Sequence record: AB897757.1
Reading direction: 5' to 3' (one strand)
Length of the DNA stretch: 64,000 nucleotides
DNA from: Klebsiella phage K64-1
Below are positions 9,602 through 19,391 of this stretch, piece by piece. Under the pieces are notes generated by a model. It made no database searches and was not told the DNA's origin. It saw only the letters and a program-made list of their open reading frames with translations. The translations under genes were made by a program, and so were the position numbers. Within the stretch, counting starts at the first letter, position 1; each line of letters starts with the position of its first letter.

Positions 9602-10163
9602 TCACGATAGTCAATTTTTTTACGAAAAAATAACTAATAGTATAGAATTATTAAAAAATATAGTCACTTATTTAAATCAAAATGATATGGAATATGTTGC
9701 TCATAAAACTGGCGATTTGTATTTTTATATTACAAATGAAAACCCTCGTATTATGTCATTCCATACTGGTGAATATTCTTTTATGGATTTTTATACCAGT
9801 ACAGAAAAGAAAGATGGTAGAAATTCAGTAGACATATTCAATAATAAAAAGAAAACGTGTATAGATTTTAATATACTACAAAATACTGATTCTTTTTTTC
9901 TCTCAGATTCCAGAAATGGTGCAGCGAATGTAATTGATGCGTCAAAAATAATCGAATTGCCTATAATTAAAGTTCAAACAGAAGAAGAAAGATTTCAGTA
10001 CAGTACTGTGTATAATGATATTGAATTGCGTAGTATTGAATTGTATTATAAATTTATGAAAGAACAATTGTATTTTTACGTTACATTAGATGGTGTTGAA
10101 GAAATTCAAACTGTACTTCAAACAATACATAATGATTTACCAAAATATATAAGGAAAAAATAA
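9540..10163 (+). CDS. FQYST-motif family paralog (the true start is probably ATG at 9572)
   Basis: ORF containing 'TEEERFQYSTVYNDIELRSIELYYKFMKEQ'. Confidence 0.55.
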   Translation: MKKPKKYMRDIMTSNTNPLIDHDSQFFYEKITNSIELLKNIVTYLNQNDMEYVAHKTGDLYFYITNENPRIMSFHTGEYSFMDFYTSTEKKDGRNSVDIFNNKKKTCIDFNILQNTDSFFLSDSRNGAANVIDASKIIELPIIKVQTEEERFQYSTVYNDIELRSIELYYKFMKEQLYFYVTLDGVEEIQTVLQTIHNDLPKYIRKK

Positions 10164-10660
10164 TGAATTGTGAATATAAAAAATCTAAACATATTACAGA
10201 TTCTTTGGTAAAGTTAATCAAATCAATACTGAACGGTGAAGTCGATGAACGACTAAACTATGATGACAGTGATGACATTATTAATGTTACATTAAAATCC
10301 AACAAAAAGAGTTATAGGAATTTATTTTCTACTGGGTGGTATTATAGTGAGTACTTACTTGAAGACAACTCTTCAATGGGATATCCAGAAACCCATTATT
10401 TTGCTTTTGACCCAAATGATAGTTCTCTTGTTGTTACTATTCGACAATGTAATGGTAAAAGAACAAGAGAGAAACTTAGTACAACTGGACTTAATATAGA
10501 TACAGAAGAAGAGTGGTTCCAGTATAGTACTTTATATAATGATAATGAATTATTTTCTATTATGTTATGGTGTGCATTTAAGAAAGAAAACTTCCCATCA
10601 TGTTTAGTCGAATTTTCAGAATTTTTCAAATATTTGGAAGAAACAAATGCTATTATCTGA
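10163..10660 (+). CDS. FQYST-motif family paralog
   Basis: ORF of 165 aa containing 'TEEEWFQYSTLYNDNELFSIMLWCAFKKENF'. Confidence 0.55.
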   Translation: MNCEYKKSKHITDSLVKLIKSILNGEVDERLNYDDSDDIINVTLKSNKKSYRNLFSTGWYYSEYLLEDNSSMGYPETHYFAFDPNDSSLVVTIRQCNGKRTREKLSTTGLNIDTEEEWFQYSTLYNDNELFSIMLWCAFKKENFPSCLVEFSEFFKYLEETNAII

Positions 10661-11228
10661 TATCAAATCTTTTAGTACTGAACTGGATGTAATTAAAAAT
10701 ATCATTATTAAGATGATTGAAATTCACAGAACTAAAAGACGATATACGTCTTTTAGCGAAGAAGGTTTTGAACTTGAGCGTGGATTGTTTCATATTGATT
10801 TGATGATTAGTGATTATGAATGTATTTTTAGTTTAAGAAACGATTCGTCTCAAATGAAAAATACTGGGATTGATTTATCCATTATTCCACATCATCAAAT
10901 TATACTTGGTGGTTCTGGAAACGTATACATTTCACCCTTCGAATCTGGATTTAGTAGAAGTATAGCTTTACCAAAAAATGAAGGTAGTGAACCTTACATT
11001 TTAATTAACGATGATGCAATTGATGAATGGAAATTCCAGTTAAGTACATTATACGATCCAATAATCGTTGATATAATCAACCTAGAAGAAGAACTAAGAG
11101 AGCACTTAGCCTCTTTGGAGCACAACAATAATGTATATGCACCTTTGTTATTGGTTGTTGATTTAAAATGTTTAGAAAAGAAAAAACACGATTTGAATTC
11201 TATGCTTGAATTTTTAGAGAACATATAA
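10647..11228 (+). CDS. FQYST-motif family paralog
   Basis: ORF of 193 aa containing 'IDEWKFQLSTLYDPIIVDIINLEEEL'. Confidence 0.5.
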   Translation: MLLSDIKSFSTELDVIKNIIIKMIEIHRTKRRYTSFSEEGFELERGLFHIDLMISDYECIFSLRNDSSQMKNTGIDLSIIPHHQIILGGSGNVYISPFESGFSRSIALPKNEGSEPYILINDDAIDEWKFQLSTLYDPIIVDIINLEEELREHLASLEHNNNVYAPLLLVVDLKCLEKKKHDLNSMLEFLENI

Positions 11229-11231
11229 AAC

Positions 11232-11840
11232 ATGAAATTAGAATATTTCCCAAATTTAGAATACAAACATTGTATTGCTTATTCAATGTTTGTGGAAGAT
11301 TTAATTAACGCATTACATGATCCAGAAATACGAAGAGAATGTGGAATTATAAGAATAGAAAATGATAGATTTTATATCAACACTGGAATTAGAAAAATAG
11401 ATCTGGATATATTAAGTGTAGATACAACCTCTACACCAACATTGATTTCTTCCAGAGTTGGTAATTTCGAATTTTACTGGACTCACTGTTATGAATTCAA
11501 TAAAGATTCTAAACATGATTTTATGATAGATGGTGATTTGTGCGAAAAAATTAAGTACAGTTATGACTATACAGAAGAAATGTTCTTTCAAAACAGCTTA
11601 TTATACAAAAACTGTGATTTGTTTTATATTATATTATTCAATTATTTAAAATGTAATTTAAATCATTCATTCTGTATGGCATCTGCACCCATCCCTGAAG
11701 ATTTTTTTAAATTAATTCCAAATTTACTTTACATTGCTACCGAAAAGGGGTATTATGGTGATCTGTTAGAGTTGATGAAAAACATTCATCCAAATAACAA
11801 CGATAAAAGTTCATATCTATCAGGATTTAGCAATCTATGA
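11232..11840 (+). CDS. FQYST-motif family paralog
   Basis: ORF of 202 aa containing 'TEEMFFQNSLLYKNCDLFYIILFNYLKCN'. Confidence 0.5.
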   Translation: MKLEYFPNLEYKHCIAYSMFVEDLINALHDPEIRRECGIIRIENDRFYINTGIRKIDLDILSVDTTSTPTLISSRVGNFEFYWTHCYEFNKDSKHDFMIDGDLCEKIKYSYDYTEEMFFQNSLLYKNCDLFYIILFNYLKCNLNHSFCMASAPIPEDFFKLIPNLLYIATEKGYYGDLLELMKNIHPNNNDKSSYLSGFSNL

Positions 11841-12400
11841 CATACGAAGAATACAAAAAGACAATACCAGTACTCGCTGAAATTGTTTCATTACTAAAAA
11901 ATCATCTAAGTAAAAGAACCATATACAACGATAGATTCTTCACCTTACCCAAATCCAATTTTTATATAAAACAAATCAATGATGCTGATATTGACATAAG
12001 AATTTCAAAAAATAGTGATTCTATTATTCGCGTTGCAAAAGAATCTCAGTGTTTTGATGGAGAGATTCCTATGTTACTTCGTCAGTTCGGTGATGTATAT
12101 TGTTCATCCAGAAAACACCCAGGGTATATTAAAATATATTCAAGTGAAAGTGACATAGATTTACTTGATGTTGACTGCCCAGAAGAGCAATTATTTCAAT
12201 ACAGTACAATTCTTTCTAATATTGATCTTATCGTGCTTGAACTTGAGTTAGAACTTCAAAAAGTACTAAACGAAAATATTTACTGTGTAATTACATTGTT
12301 CTATGATAATGATTACTATAGTGAATGTGCTTCATATAATGATTATGTAAATCTACGAGATGATTTAAAAGATGAAAAAAGAACATGGGAACATTATTAA
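11837..12400 (+). CDS. FQYST-motif family paralog
   Basis: ORF of 187 aa containing 'PEEQLFQYSTILSNIDLIVLELELEL'. Confidence 0.5.
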   Translation: MTYEEYKKTIPVLAEIVSLLKNHLSKRTIYNDRFFTLPKSNFYIKQINDADIDIRISKNSDSIIRVAKESQCFDGEIPMLLRQFGDVYCSSRKHPGYIKIYSSESDIDLLDVDCPEEQLFQYSTILSNIDLIVLELELELQKVLNENIYCVITLFYDNDYYSECASYNDYVNLRDDLKDEKRTWEHY

Positions 12401-12956
12401 TAACTTAAAAGTTATTAAAGAATTAAGCACTGCTATGATTTTGTTGTACAAAAATACAGACAAAATTAATGCTGATAATTATATTCTAAGTACTACCAGA
12501 TTAAATCCATACGAAAATGGAACATTGTACTTGAGAACAAAAGCATCTCAAAATATCATTGGAATTATGAATGAATCAGTTTGCCTGGAAGAATATGCAT
12601 ACAAAGATGAAGAGGTACCTGGTAATTACAGGGTTATTATACGAGATTCGGCATTCTTCTTATGTAGTCCGATGAATCCATTTTTCAATAAAATATATGC
12701 TGATTTTAATTATACAAATGGTGTTGAAACTTTTCCTATTCCCAGTGAAGATACATGGGAAGAAGAGATGTTTCAACTATCATTAGTAGTACCAAATATG
12801 GTATGTTCCGAAGTACTGGAATTATATAAAGAAATACACAATAATATTGAAAGTCATTTTTATATTTCATATGAATATGAAAATTATGATACCACATTAT
12901 TAAAAGATGCATTAAATGACGTTAAAAAATTTATCAAGCACTACATCAACAAATGA
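12372..12956 (+). CDS. FQYST-motif family paralog
   Basis: ORF of 194 aa containing 'WEEEMFQLSLVVPNMVCSEVLELYKEIHNN'. Confidence 0.5.
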   Translation: MKKEHGNIINNLKVIKELSTAMILLYKNTDKINADNYILSTTRLNPYENGTLYLRTKASQNIIGIMNESVCLEEYAYKDEEVPGNYRVIIRDSAFFLCSPMNPFFNKIYADFNYTNGVETFPIPSEDTWEEEMFQLSLVVPNMVCSEVLELYKEIHNNIESHFYISYEYENYDTTLLKDALNDVKKFIKHYINK

Positions 12957-13494
12957 TACTGAAATGTACTTATTGTACAAAAATATTTTACTTGAATTAA
13001 AAAGATTATTGCATACTGTTAATGTACGCGATAATTATCTACATCAAGATATAAATGGTGAAATTTATTGTATAATTTCTGATGGTAAAATCGCATTATA
13101 TGCTAATTCCGAAAATATAGCATTCACTTATGTTTTATTTGCTTATTCGTTTAATTCACCAAATTACGTATCAGAAAAATATAGAGTAGAATATGATTCA
13201 TATGTATACTTTGATCGTGATAATTCAACTAATGAATATATGATTAATCACGAAACAAATAATATCATCCAATTGATTAAAGAAAATGAGTTGAGTTCAG
13301 ATGAATTAGAAAGTTTATTATTCCAACACAATACATTGTATTCAGATGAAGATAAATTTTGTATTTGGATGGATTATTATATCAGAGATTACATTGAAGA
13401 TAAACATTATTTCTGTGTAAACTATAACAAATTAAATGAATTCAGTACTGATATATATGAAAATATTCTATTGGAATTAAAGAAATATGATTGA
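12916..13494 (+). CDS. FQYST-motif family paralog (alternative start about 12958)
   Basis: ORF containing 'ELESLLFQHNTLYSDEDKFCIWMDYY'. Confidence 0.5.
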   Translation: MTLKNLSSTTSTNDTEMYLLYKNILLELKRLLHTVNVRDNYLHQDINGEIYCIISDGKIALYANSENIAFTYVLFAYSFNSPNYVSEKYRVEYDSYVYFDRDNSTNEYMINHETNNIIQLIKENELSSDELESLLFQHNTLYSDEDKFCIWMDYYIRDYIEDKHYFCVNYNKLNEFSTDIYENILLELKKYD

Positions 13495-14098
13495 ATTAAA
13501 ATTTAAAATACAAGAACTAAAAGAACTGGTAATTCACTTAAAGAATGTAAATGATAAATTCCATCTCTCAGAAAATTTCATGATTTATATTCCAGGTACC
13601 GAATCAACACTCATTCACGAAATGTCAACAAAAGGGATATATTCCAATATTACATTGAAATCAAGAGATTACAAAACTAATATCTATTACAACACCATCT
13701 CTTTAATCAGGAGTTCAGATCCCTCTGAAGAACGTATCAGGAAATCTAAAACAGTAGGTTCAATTTATAGTAGTTCATGTAATATATATTCTTTATCCGA
13801 TAATACCAAAATGCAGATTGGTATATATGAAAACTATCATAGAAAGTGTGATACCAGTGAAAATGGAACTATTGAATTGCCTGATTATGTAAAAGATTCT
13901 GATGAATTTGAAGCATTATTATTTCAATACAGTACAGAGAGTGATATTAAGTACAATAGATTATTAAAAATGCGTATCATAAAAGAAATATATGATGTAC
14001 TTCAATATGAAGAAATATCAATCGATGATACTTTATTTGATTTGGATTCAAATGATTTGAAAACAATTATACAGGAATTGAAATTAAAATTATGCTAA
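13487..14098 (+). CDS. FQYST-motif family paralog
   Basis: ORF of 203 aa containing 'EFEALLFQYSTESDIKYNRLLKMRII'. Confidence 0.5.
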   Translation: MIELKFKIQELKELVIHLKNVNDKFHLSENFMIYIPGTESTLIHEMSTKGIYSNITLKSRDYKTNIYYNTISLIRSSDPSEERIRKSKTVGSIYSSSCNIYSLSDNTKMQIGIYENYHRKCDTSENGTIELPDYVKDSDEFEALLFQYSTESDIKYNRLLKMRIIKEIYDVLQYEEISIDDTLFDLDSNDLKTIIQELKLKLC

Positions 14099-14655
14099 CA
14101 TTGTCCGAAATTCTGGAATACGATAATAAAATTATCAATCTCTTGGGTGATATATCATTTGAATTCAACAAAAAAGAAGATAAAAACAACAATAAAGCCA
14201 CTATACTGAAAGTAAATGATAGTGAATTAGTTGTATTAGAAAATAATCTTCATTTTTATTCTGTTGTACTTAAAGTGTATAATGGTATGTCAGAAACTCC
14301 GTGGTATATGGTGAAAAACACAGATGATTATGATACATTTCGTGGTATTAAACCATTCATCAACGAGTATGGTATTTTTTGTACCGCAAATGATTACGAT
14401 GTATTATATGATGAATACGATCAATTCGGTACTGTTCATAACGTACTAACAGAAGAACAGTACGCTTGTATAGAAAGCACTGCGTTTCAGTTGAGTACAG
14501 AGTTTGATTTACAAGTAGTAAGGGCATTATCAATGCAAACCAATTTGTATTACAACAAAAGACACTATCAAATAATGTGTAATACAAAAATTCAGGATCA
14601 TTTATATAATCCAAAATTAATTTTAAATCTAGAAAAATATCTGGAAACACTATGA
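14092..14655 (+). CDS. FQYST-motif family paralog
   Basis: ORF of 187 aa containing 'IESTAFQLSTEFDLQVVRALSMQTN'. Confidence 0.5.
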   Translation: MLTLSEILEYDNKIINLLGDISFEFNKKEDKNNNKATILKVNDSELVVLENNLHFYSVVLKVYNGMSETPWYMVKNTDDYDTFRGIKPFINEYGIFCTANDYDVLYDEYDQFGTVHNVLTEEQYACIESTAFQLSTEFDLQVVRALSMQTNLYYNKRHYQIMCNTKIQDHLYNPKLILNLEKYLETL

Positions 14656-15143
14656 AAGAAATTATTGAATTAATAGAATTGATGCAGTCAAGTATAAGTT
14701 CATGTAAACTTGCAACCGGTGAACATAATTTGAATGCTGATTTTGATTTAGTAGTCAATAATCAAAAGAAATGTATTCACTTGATTAAAAAATCCAGTAC
14801 TAAAGCAATCAAACATACAGCACTCATGATAGCTTCTTCACATCCTGCTAAAAAATATAATTCAAATATTGCTAATATAAGTTCACTGTACAAACCAGAA
14901 AGTACATCTTCATATATCAGTTCAATTAAAAGTGAATTAGATTTTCATAAATGCACTTTGGATTCTTATGAAGAATTAGAATTTCAGTACAGTACGGTAA
15001 TTACACGAAGTGATATTTTTATAATTCAATGCTTGTTATATTCAATTGATTTTAAAGATAATGTGTACATGACAAATGATTTTATGAAATATAATTATAT
15101 TGAAATACTCAGATCATTAAAGGACAAATTATGCCAAAATTAG
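14652..15143 (+). CDS. FQYST-motif family paralog
   Basis: ORF of 163 aa containing 'YEELEFQYSTVITRSDIFIIQCLLYSIDFKDN'. Confidence 0.5.
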   Translation: MKEIIELIELMQSSISSCKLATGEHNLNADFDLVVNNQKKCIHLIKKSSTKAIKHTALMIASSHPAKKYNSNIANISSLYKPESTSSYISSIKSELDFHKCTLDSYEELEFQYSTVITRSDIFIIQCLLYSIDFKDNVYMTNDFMKYNYIEILRSLKDKLCQN

Positions 15144-15721
15144 ATGCACAGTACTGTGATAAATTACTGAATGCATTGATTACTATACAAAAGAATATAA
15201 AAAAAGAAAAGAGTATTCAAATTTACTATAATGATAGTTATATTCTTGTACAATGCAACCCAGATGGTAATTATGTAGAGTTCAGTTTAAAGAAAGAAGA
15301 TGTTCATGATTGTATTAGTATTGATTTGCATGAAGCAACACCGCATCAAAGTTTAAAAAATATTATTAAAGCATATAAAAGAACTACTTATGCATTTGAC
15401 ACGTTAGTTCACAGATATAAAACATTTTATTGTATGTTTGATACAGACGAATATGATTTCAATTTAGTAGGATTTGATGAAAACATCATTAGCATTCCTT
15501 ATGATTTTGATGATGAATTATATTTTCAGTACAGTACTTTATATAGTTTACCACCACAGAGTGATCTTGAGCTTCACAAAAGTATTCATAAAAAATGCAA
15601 AAATGAACTACCAAATAAAAGTGTAGTTAGAATTTCATATCTATCCATCGAATTAGATCAACAAGAAATGGATGAAATTCTGGAATCTTTGTATTCATTG
15701 GTTCCTGTGTTTAAGCATTAA
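15131..15721 (+). CDS. FQYST-motif family paralog
   Basis: ORF of 196 aa containing 'DDELYFQYSTLYSLPPQSDLELHKSIHKK'. Confidence 0.5.
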   Translation: MPKLDAQYCDKLLNALITIQKNIKKEKSIQIYYNDSYILVQCNPDGNYVEFSLKKEDVHDCISIDLHEATPHQSLKNIIKAYKRTTYAFDTLVHRYKTFYCMFDTDEYDFNLVGFDENIISIPYDFDDELYFQYSTLYSLPPQSDLELHKSIHKKCKNELPNKSVVRISYLSIELDQQEMDEILESLYSLVPVFKH

Positions 15722-15747
15722 AATCCCCCTTGACTGGGGTTTTTTTA
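15722..15747 (+). terminator. weak rho-independent terminator or attenuator inside the paralog array
   Basis: Sequence aatccccc-ttgact-ggggttttttt. Confidence 0.4.
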
Positions 15748-16404
15748 TTTGTTATAATAAAAAATAGAGAATATAAAATGAAAAAAGAATCATATAACAT
15801 ACTTCGTGTATGTGAAAATTTAATATTGTTGTTACTGGCTTATAAGAAAAATATAAATTTAAGCAAGAAAATTCTTGATTATCATATTAATATTAATATT
15901 ACTTGTAGTAATCATATTTCAATATATTTAAATATTAGTAATTTTGGTTCTATTACAACAACATCATCCAACATCATTTCATTTAATGCTGATAATATTC
16001 AACCAGTTGAATTAAATTTACCAATTGAAGATATTAAAGGTGAAATGATTTATTTTGATGACCGATATTGTGAATATGATGTTAATAGTCCAAATTTAGT
16101 AGGAGCGTATTTAAAAAAATATGATCCTGATATTGATGGATACAATGAAACAAATTGCCATGAAGTAATGGAAAAGACGTATGATGAATGGGCTTTTCAG
16201 TACAGTACATTATATGATTTTGTTCCAGATAAAGAAGATTATTTTTACTTGAAAAATTTCATGCATAATTTGGGTAACGAATTCGATTATACATATTCAA
16301 ATATTTTATTTGAATCAAAAGTGGATATTGTGAATCTAAAATCTGCAATTGATATATGTACCGAAACTGTTAAAAGGAAGATTGATGAAAACTCCGATAT
16401 TTGA
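15730..16404 (+). CDS. FQYST-motif family paralog (the true start is probably ATG at 15778)
   Basis: ORF containing 'TYDEWAFQYSTLYDFVPDKEDYFYLKNFMHN'. Confidence 0.5.
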   Translation: MTGVFLFVIIKNREYKMKKESYNILRVCENLILLLLAYKKNINLSKKILDYHININITCSNHISIYLNISNFGSITTTSSNIISFNADNIQPVELNLPIEDIKGEMIYFDDRYCEYDVNSPNLVGAYLKKYDPDIDGYNETNCHEVMEKTYDEWAFQYSTLYDFVPDKEDYFYLKNFMHNLGNEFDYTYSNILFESKVDIVNLKSAIDICTETVKRKIDENSDI

Positions 16405-16900
16405 AAAATCAAAGAAATATGCACAACGTATATCTGATTGTATTGAACTTATACAATTAATGAGAAAAACTTTTTACGTAAATCACAAAGGTTCTTTTCG
16501 ATATCAACATGAAAATAATGGACTTATTACCATGAGCAGAGGCAAATCGCCTTTTGGTGAGGTTATATTAACATATGTACCAGATAATATTCATATTCCG
16601 TTCAATGATAATTATCTAATAGAAATATCAAATTATATTCCAGTACTAGATTATACAGAAGAAACCGAATTTCAATATAGTACTTTGTATAATAATGAAG
16701 AATTGTTAATGCATTATATATATTCCATTCTATGGAATTTGAACATCAAAGGGAAAATTCATATAAACCCAAAAATAAATTTAAGAACATATACAATGGC
16801 ATTGAAAAATATGTATAGTTATTTTCAGGACACAAATTATAATTTATATAAAGAATTGTGTAATAAAAAATTCAAATCAATGGAAATAAACTACTTATGA
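16349..16900 (+). CDS. FQYST-motif family paralog (the true start is probably ATG at 16385)
   Basis: ORF containing 'TEETEFQYSTLYNNEELLMHYIYSILWNLN'. Confidence 0.5.
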   Translation: MIYVPKLLKGRLMKTPIFEKSKKYAQRISDCIELIQLMRKTFYVNHKGSFRYQHENNGLITMSRGKSPFGEVILTYVPDNIHIPFNDNYLIEISNYIPVLDYTEETEFQYSTLYNNEELLMHYIYSILWNLNIKGKIHINPKINLRTYTMALKNMYSYFQDTNYNLYKELCNKKFKSMEINYL

Positions 16901-17481
16901 TTGAAAGATATGAGTTTAGTACAAGAATATTAAATGAAGCACTCAAAAAAGTTCCATCAATTGTAGAAAAACATAGTAAATTATATTCTAAGTACAATAG
17001 TAATAGTACATTCAATGTTGGTATTAAAAATCAGAATTATGAAACTAACATTGATGATAGTTCCATTGAATATGGTTCAGCAAATGGTTCTTCATGGACA
17101 ATTGAATTTGACAATTCACTCCATGATTATTATAACTGGACACCAGAATATAATGAATTTAGCTTTAATACATCATCTGTTGCTTTTTTGGTTAGTAGTG
17201 AACATATGTTGTACGCTCTTTATGATTTTAATACTGAAATTTTTATAATTGAAGACACCGATTTATCTTTTGAAGTAAATTGTATAGATTCGCTACGTGA
17301 AATGATTTTTACATTACAACTGGAGTACTCAGATATTATTGAGACTGAATTACTATGGAGTATGCTATCACCGATGATTGAGTTTAAAAAGCTGTTGACA
17401 CCTGACAAAGATGTTGCTATTATATTTGAACCACATAGACAAGAGTTTTTAGAATTAAATCCAGAGATACCAAACGTATGA
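16897..17481 (+). CDS. degenerate FQYST-family paralog or hypothetical protein
   Basis: ORF of 194 aa with only a weak 'IFTLQLEYSDIIETELLWSML' match at the motif position. Confidence 0.4.
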   Translation: MIERYEFSTRILNEALKKVPSIVEKHSKLYSKYNSNSTFNVGIKNQNYETNIDDSSIEYGSANGSSWTIEFDNSLHDYYNWTPEYNEFSFNTSSVAFLVSSEHMLYALYDFNTEIFIIEDTDLSFEVNCIDSLREMIFTLQLEYSDIIETELLWSMLSPMIEFKKLLTPDKDVAIIFEPHRQEFLELNPEIPNV

Positions 17482-17888
17482 TTCTATATCACTGTAGTAC
17501 TGTAAAAATTGACAGCTTTTATATCCCCTTTGGTGGCTTACATTTTGGTGGTATTAATAGTGCTTTAGAAGCGGCGTTACGTAAGCTGAGAAGCCCACGA
17601 AACACGTTGGATCACAAGGAGATACATATCCATAAATGTTTCGTGGAACTCGGTAAAACACAGCACAGTGAGGATTTGGGTGGTGAGGATTCGTGGAGAG
17701 CGGTGATCGATGAATGCTCACGATTAGGATTTAATTCAGTACAATATAAGAATGTATATGAACCTGATTCAGTACCTAGCTATATGATTTGGGACGCCAG
17801 TAGAGTAAAAATCATAGAAGTGGATTGTATTCATATGGATGACGCCGAACAAATACTGGAAGAATTTTATGATTCACACTGTACTTAA
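17478..17888 (+). CDS. hypothetical protein of atypical, higher-GC composition inserted in the paralog array
   Basis: ORF of 136 aa. Its codon usage is visibly GC-richer than the flanks and it lacks the FQYST motif. Confidence 0.45.
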   Translation: MILYHCSTVKIDSFYIPFGGLHFGGINSALEAALRKLRSPRNTLDHKEIHIHKCFVELGKTQHSEDLGGEDSWRAVIDECSRLGFNSVQYKNVYEPDSVPSYMIWDASRVKIIEVDCIHMDDAEQILEEFYDSHCT

Positions 17889-17908
17889 ACTAATACAGGT
17901 AACGATTC

Positions 17909-18460
17909 ATGTCAGAACCAATAGAATATTTTAAAGCATGTTCTCGTTTGGTTAATTCAATTTCAAAGGATTTTTTATCAAGAAAACCAAAAGAGTATAT
18001 TGATGATGTACTTGGATATAATTTTATATTATATTATGGTTTTAGTTCATTAAGAATTTCAGTTGATGATGAAAACGAAACACCTGTACTTACAATGTTT
18101 AATGTTGATCACATCACATGTAACCCAGAAGTATTTCATGAACCACGTTGGTGCCTACCTAATATTGTTAACAGTGGTGTTCAATGTGGTTTTGTGAAAA
18201 AAATTGACCACCGTTTTGATTCAGACGATGAACTCAGAGAACACGAGAATGATTTTAGTGCTAAGTTATTCTCTGATACTTTAACTGAAGAAGAATATTT
18301 TCAGTACAGTACGGTGATGAAATTAAATACATTGGAATATTATCTGGAATGGAATAAAACTATAATGCAAGACAATACAAATGAAAAAGTTGTTTGGCAT
18401 TGGTATTATGGTGATTTCATTTCAAAAGAAGCTATTGATGAATTATCAAAAAGAATATAA
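17909..18460 (+). CDS. FQYST-motif family paralog
   Basis: ORF of 183 aa containing 'TEEEYFQYSTVMKLNTLEYYLEWNK'. Confidence 0.5.
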   Translation: MSEPIEYFKACSRLVNSISKDFLSRKPKEYIDDVLGYNFILYYGFSSLRISVDDENETPVLTMFNVDHITCNPEVFHEPRWCLPNIVNSGVQCGFVKKIDHRFDSDDELREHENDFSAKLFSDTLTEEEYFQYSTVMKLNTLEYYLEWNKTIMQDNTNEKVVWHWYYGDFISKEAIDELSKRI

Positions 18461-18472
18461 TAAGGATTAAAA

Positions 18473-18961
18473 ATGATGCTTGACATTATCGGAAATTTAG
18501 ATATAGTTAATCAAATCATTCAATCAGCAATTGATGATATTAAGAAGAAGGAGATTGAGGTACGATGGAATTTCTTATCGTCTGATATTGGATACCTTGT
18601 TGATATTAGTGAACCAACAAAGAAACAAATGGTTGTACAAATCAATGCACTAAGTAACAGGCAATCTCTCTGTAAATTTTATATTACAAAGAATGGGATA
18701 ATTCTCAGATATAATAATAAATTGTTGTTTGAATACAAAAACAGTACTAAAACATTCATTACAAATTTATTCGATGAACCATTTTATATTGATGATTTAG
18801 AAAGTACTTTTTTTACTCAAAGATGTTTAAATTCGTTTGGTTCATTGGATAATATAGTATTTGATTATGATATCATGACTGAAACATTAAAGAAAACACA
18901 GGATTTATATTATGCCTACTTGGTGTTTACCCAAAAACGAGAAAATGCTAACACAGCCTGA
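18473..18961 (+). CDS. degenerate FQYST-family paralog
   Basis: ORF of 162 aa containing 'DDLESTFFTQRCLNSFGSLDNIVF'. Confidence 0.4.
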   Translation: MMLDIIGNLDIVNQIIQSAIDDIKKKEIEVRWNFLSSDIGYLVDISEPTKKQMVVQINALSNRQSLCKFYITKNGIILRYNNKLLFEYKNSTKTFITNLFDEPFYIDDLESTFFTQRCLNSFGSLDNIVFDYDIMTETLKKTQDLYYAYLVFTQKRENANTA

Positions 18962-19391
18962 CGATAGCGTATATAAGTGTATTGAGCATTTTGATTATTT
19001 TATTAATTCAAAAAAAGAATTTATTGTGGTTGATTGTATACCATTGTATTTCATTAAATCCGATTCAAATACAATCAAAGAATTTAATATGTACTATGGT
19101 AGTGAATTTATATCAATTAAATTAATCAATAAATGTTTGAAAAATTCTTATTCAATTGAAAGTTATTACAATGGAATATTTTTGCTCGGTATTAGCAATG
19201 AGTACATCAATTCAGTACTATTAAAATCAAACACAAATGAACCAGTTTATGCTGATCGAGAAGCATTCAATGAAATCGATTTCTTCCAGTATACATGTGG
19301 TGATGCTTATATACCATTACACACCAATACGATGTGTTTAGTTAAAGATAAATTGTTGGAGATTGAAAATGATTTCAAAAAATACTATTAA
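18912..19391 (+). CDS. FQYST-family paralog (alternative start about 18945)
   Basis: ORF of 159 aa containing 'FNEIDFFQYTCGDAYIPLH'. Confidence 0.45.
   Translation: MPTWCLPKNEKMLTQPDDSVYKCIEHFDYFINSKKEFIVVDCIPLYFIKSDSNTIKEFNMYYGSEFISIKLINKCLKNSYSIESYYNGIFLLGISNEYINSVLLKSNTNEPVYADREAFNEIDFFQYTCGDAYIPLHTNTMCLVKDKLLEIENDFKKYY

Noticed and set aside
17015-17248. Track ORFs 17015-17248 (+) and 37542-37802 (+), 48816-49013 (+), 49560-49790 (+), 57066-57248 (+)
   Set aside because: They are alternative-frame ORFs nested in longer, better-supported genes on the same strand. There is no independent evidence.
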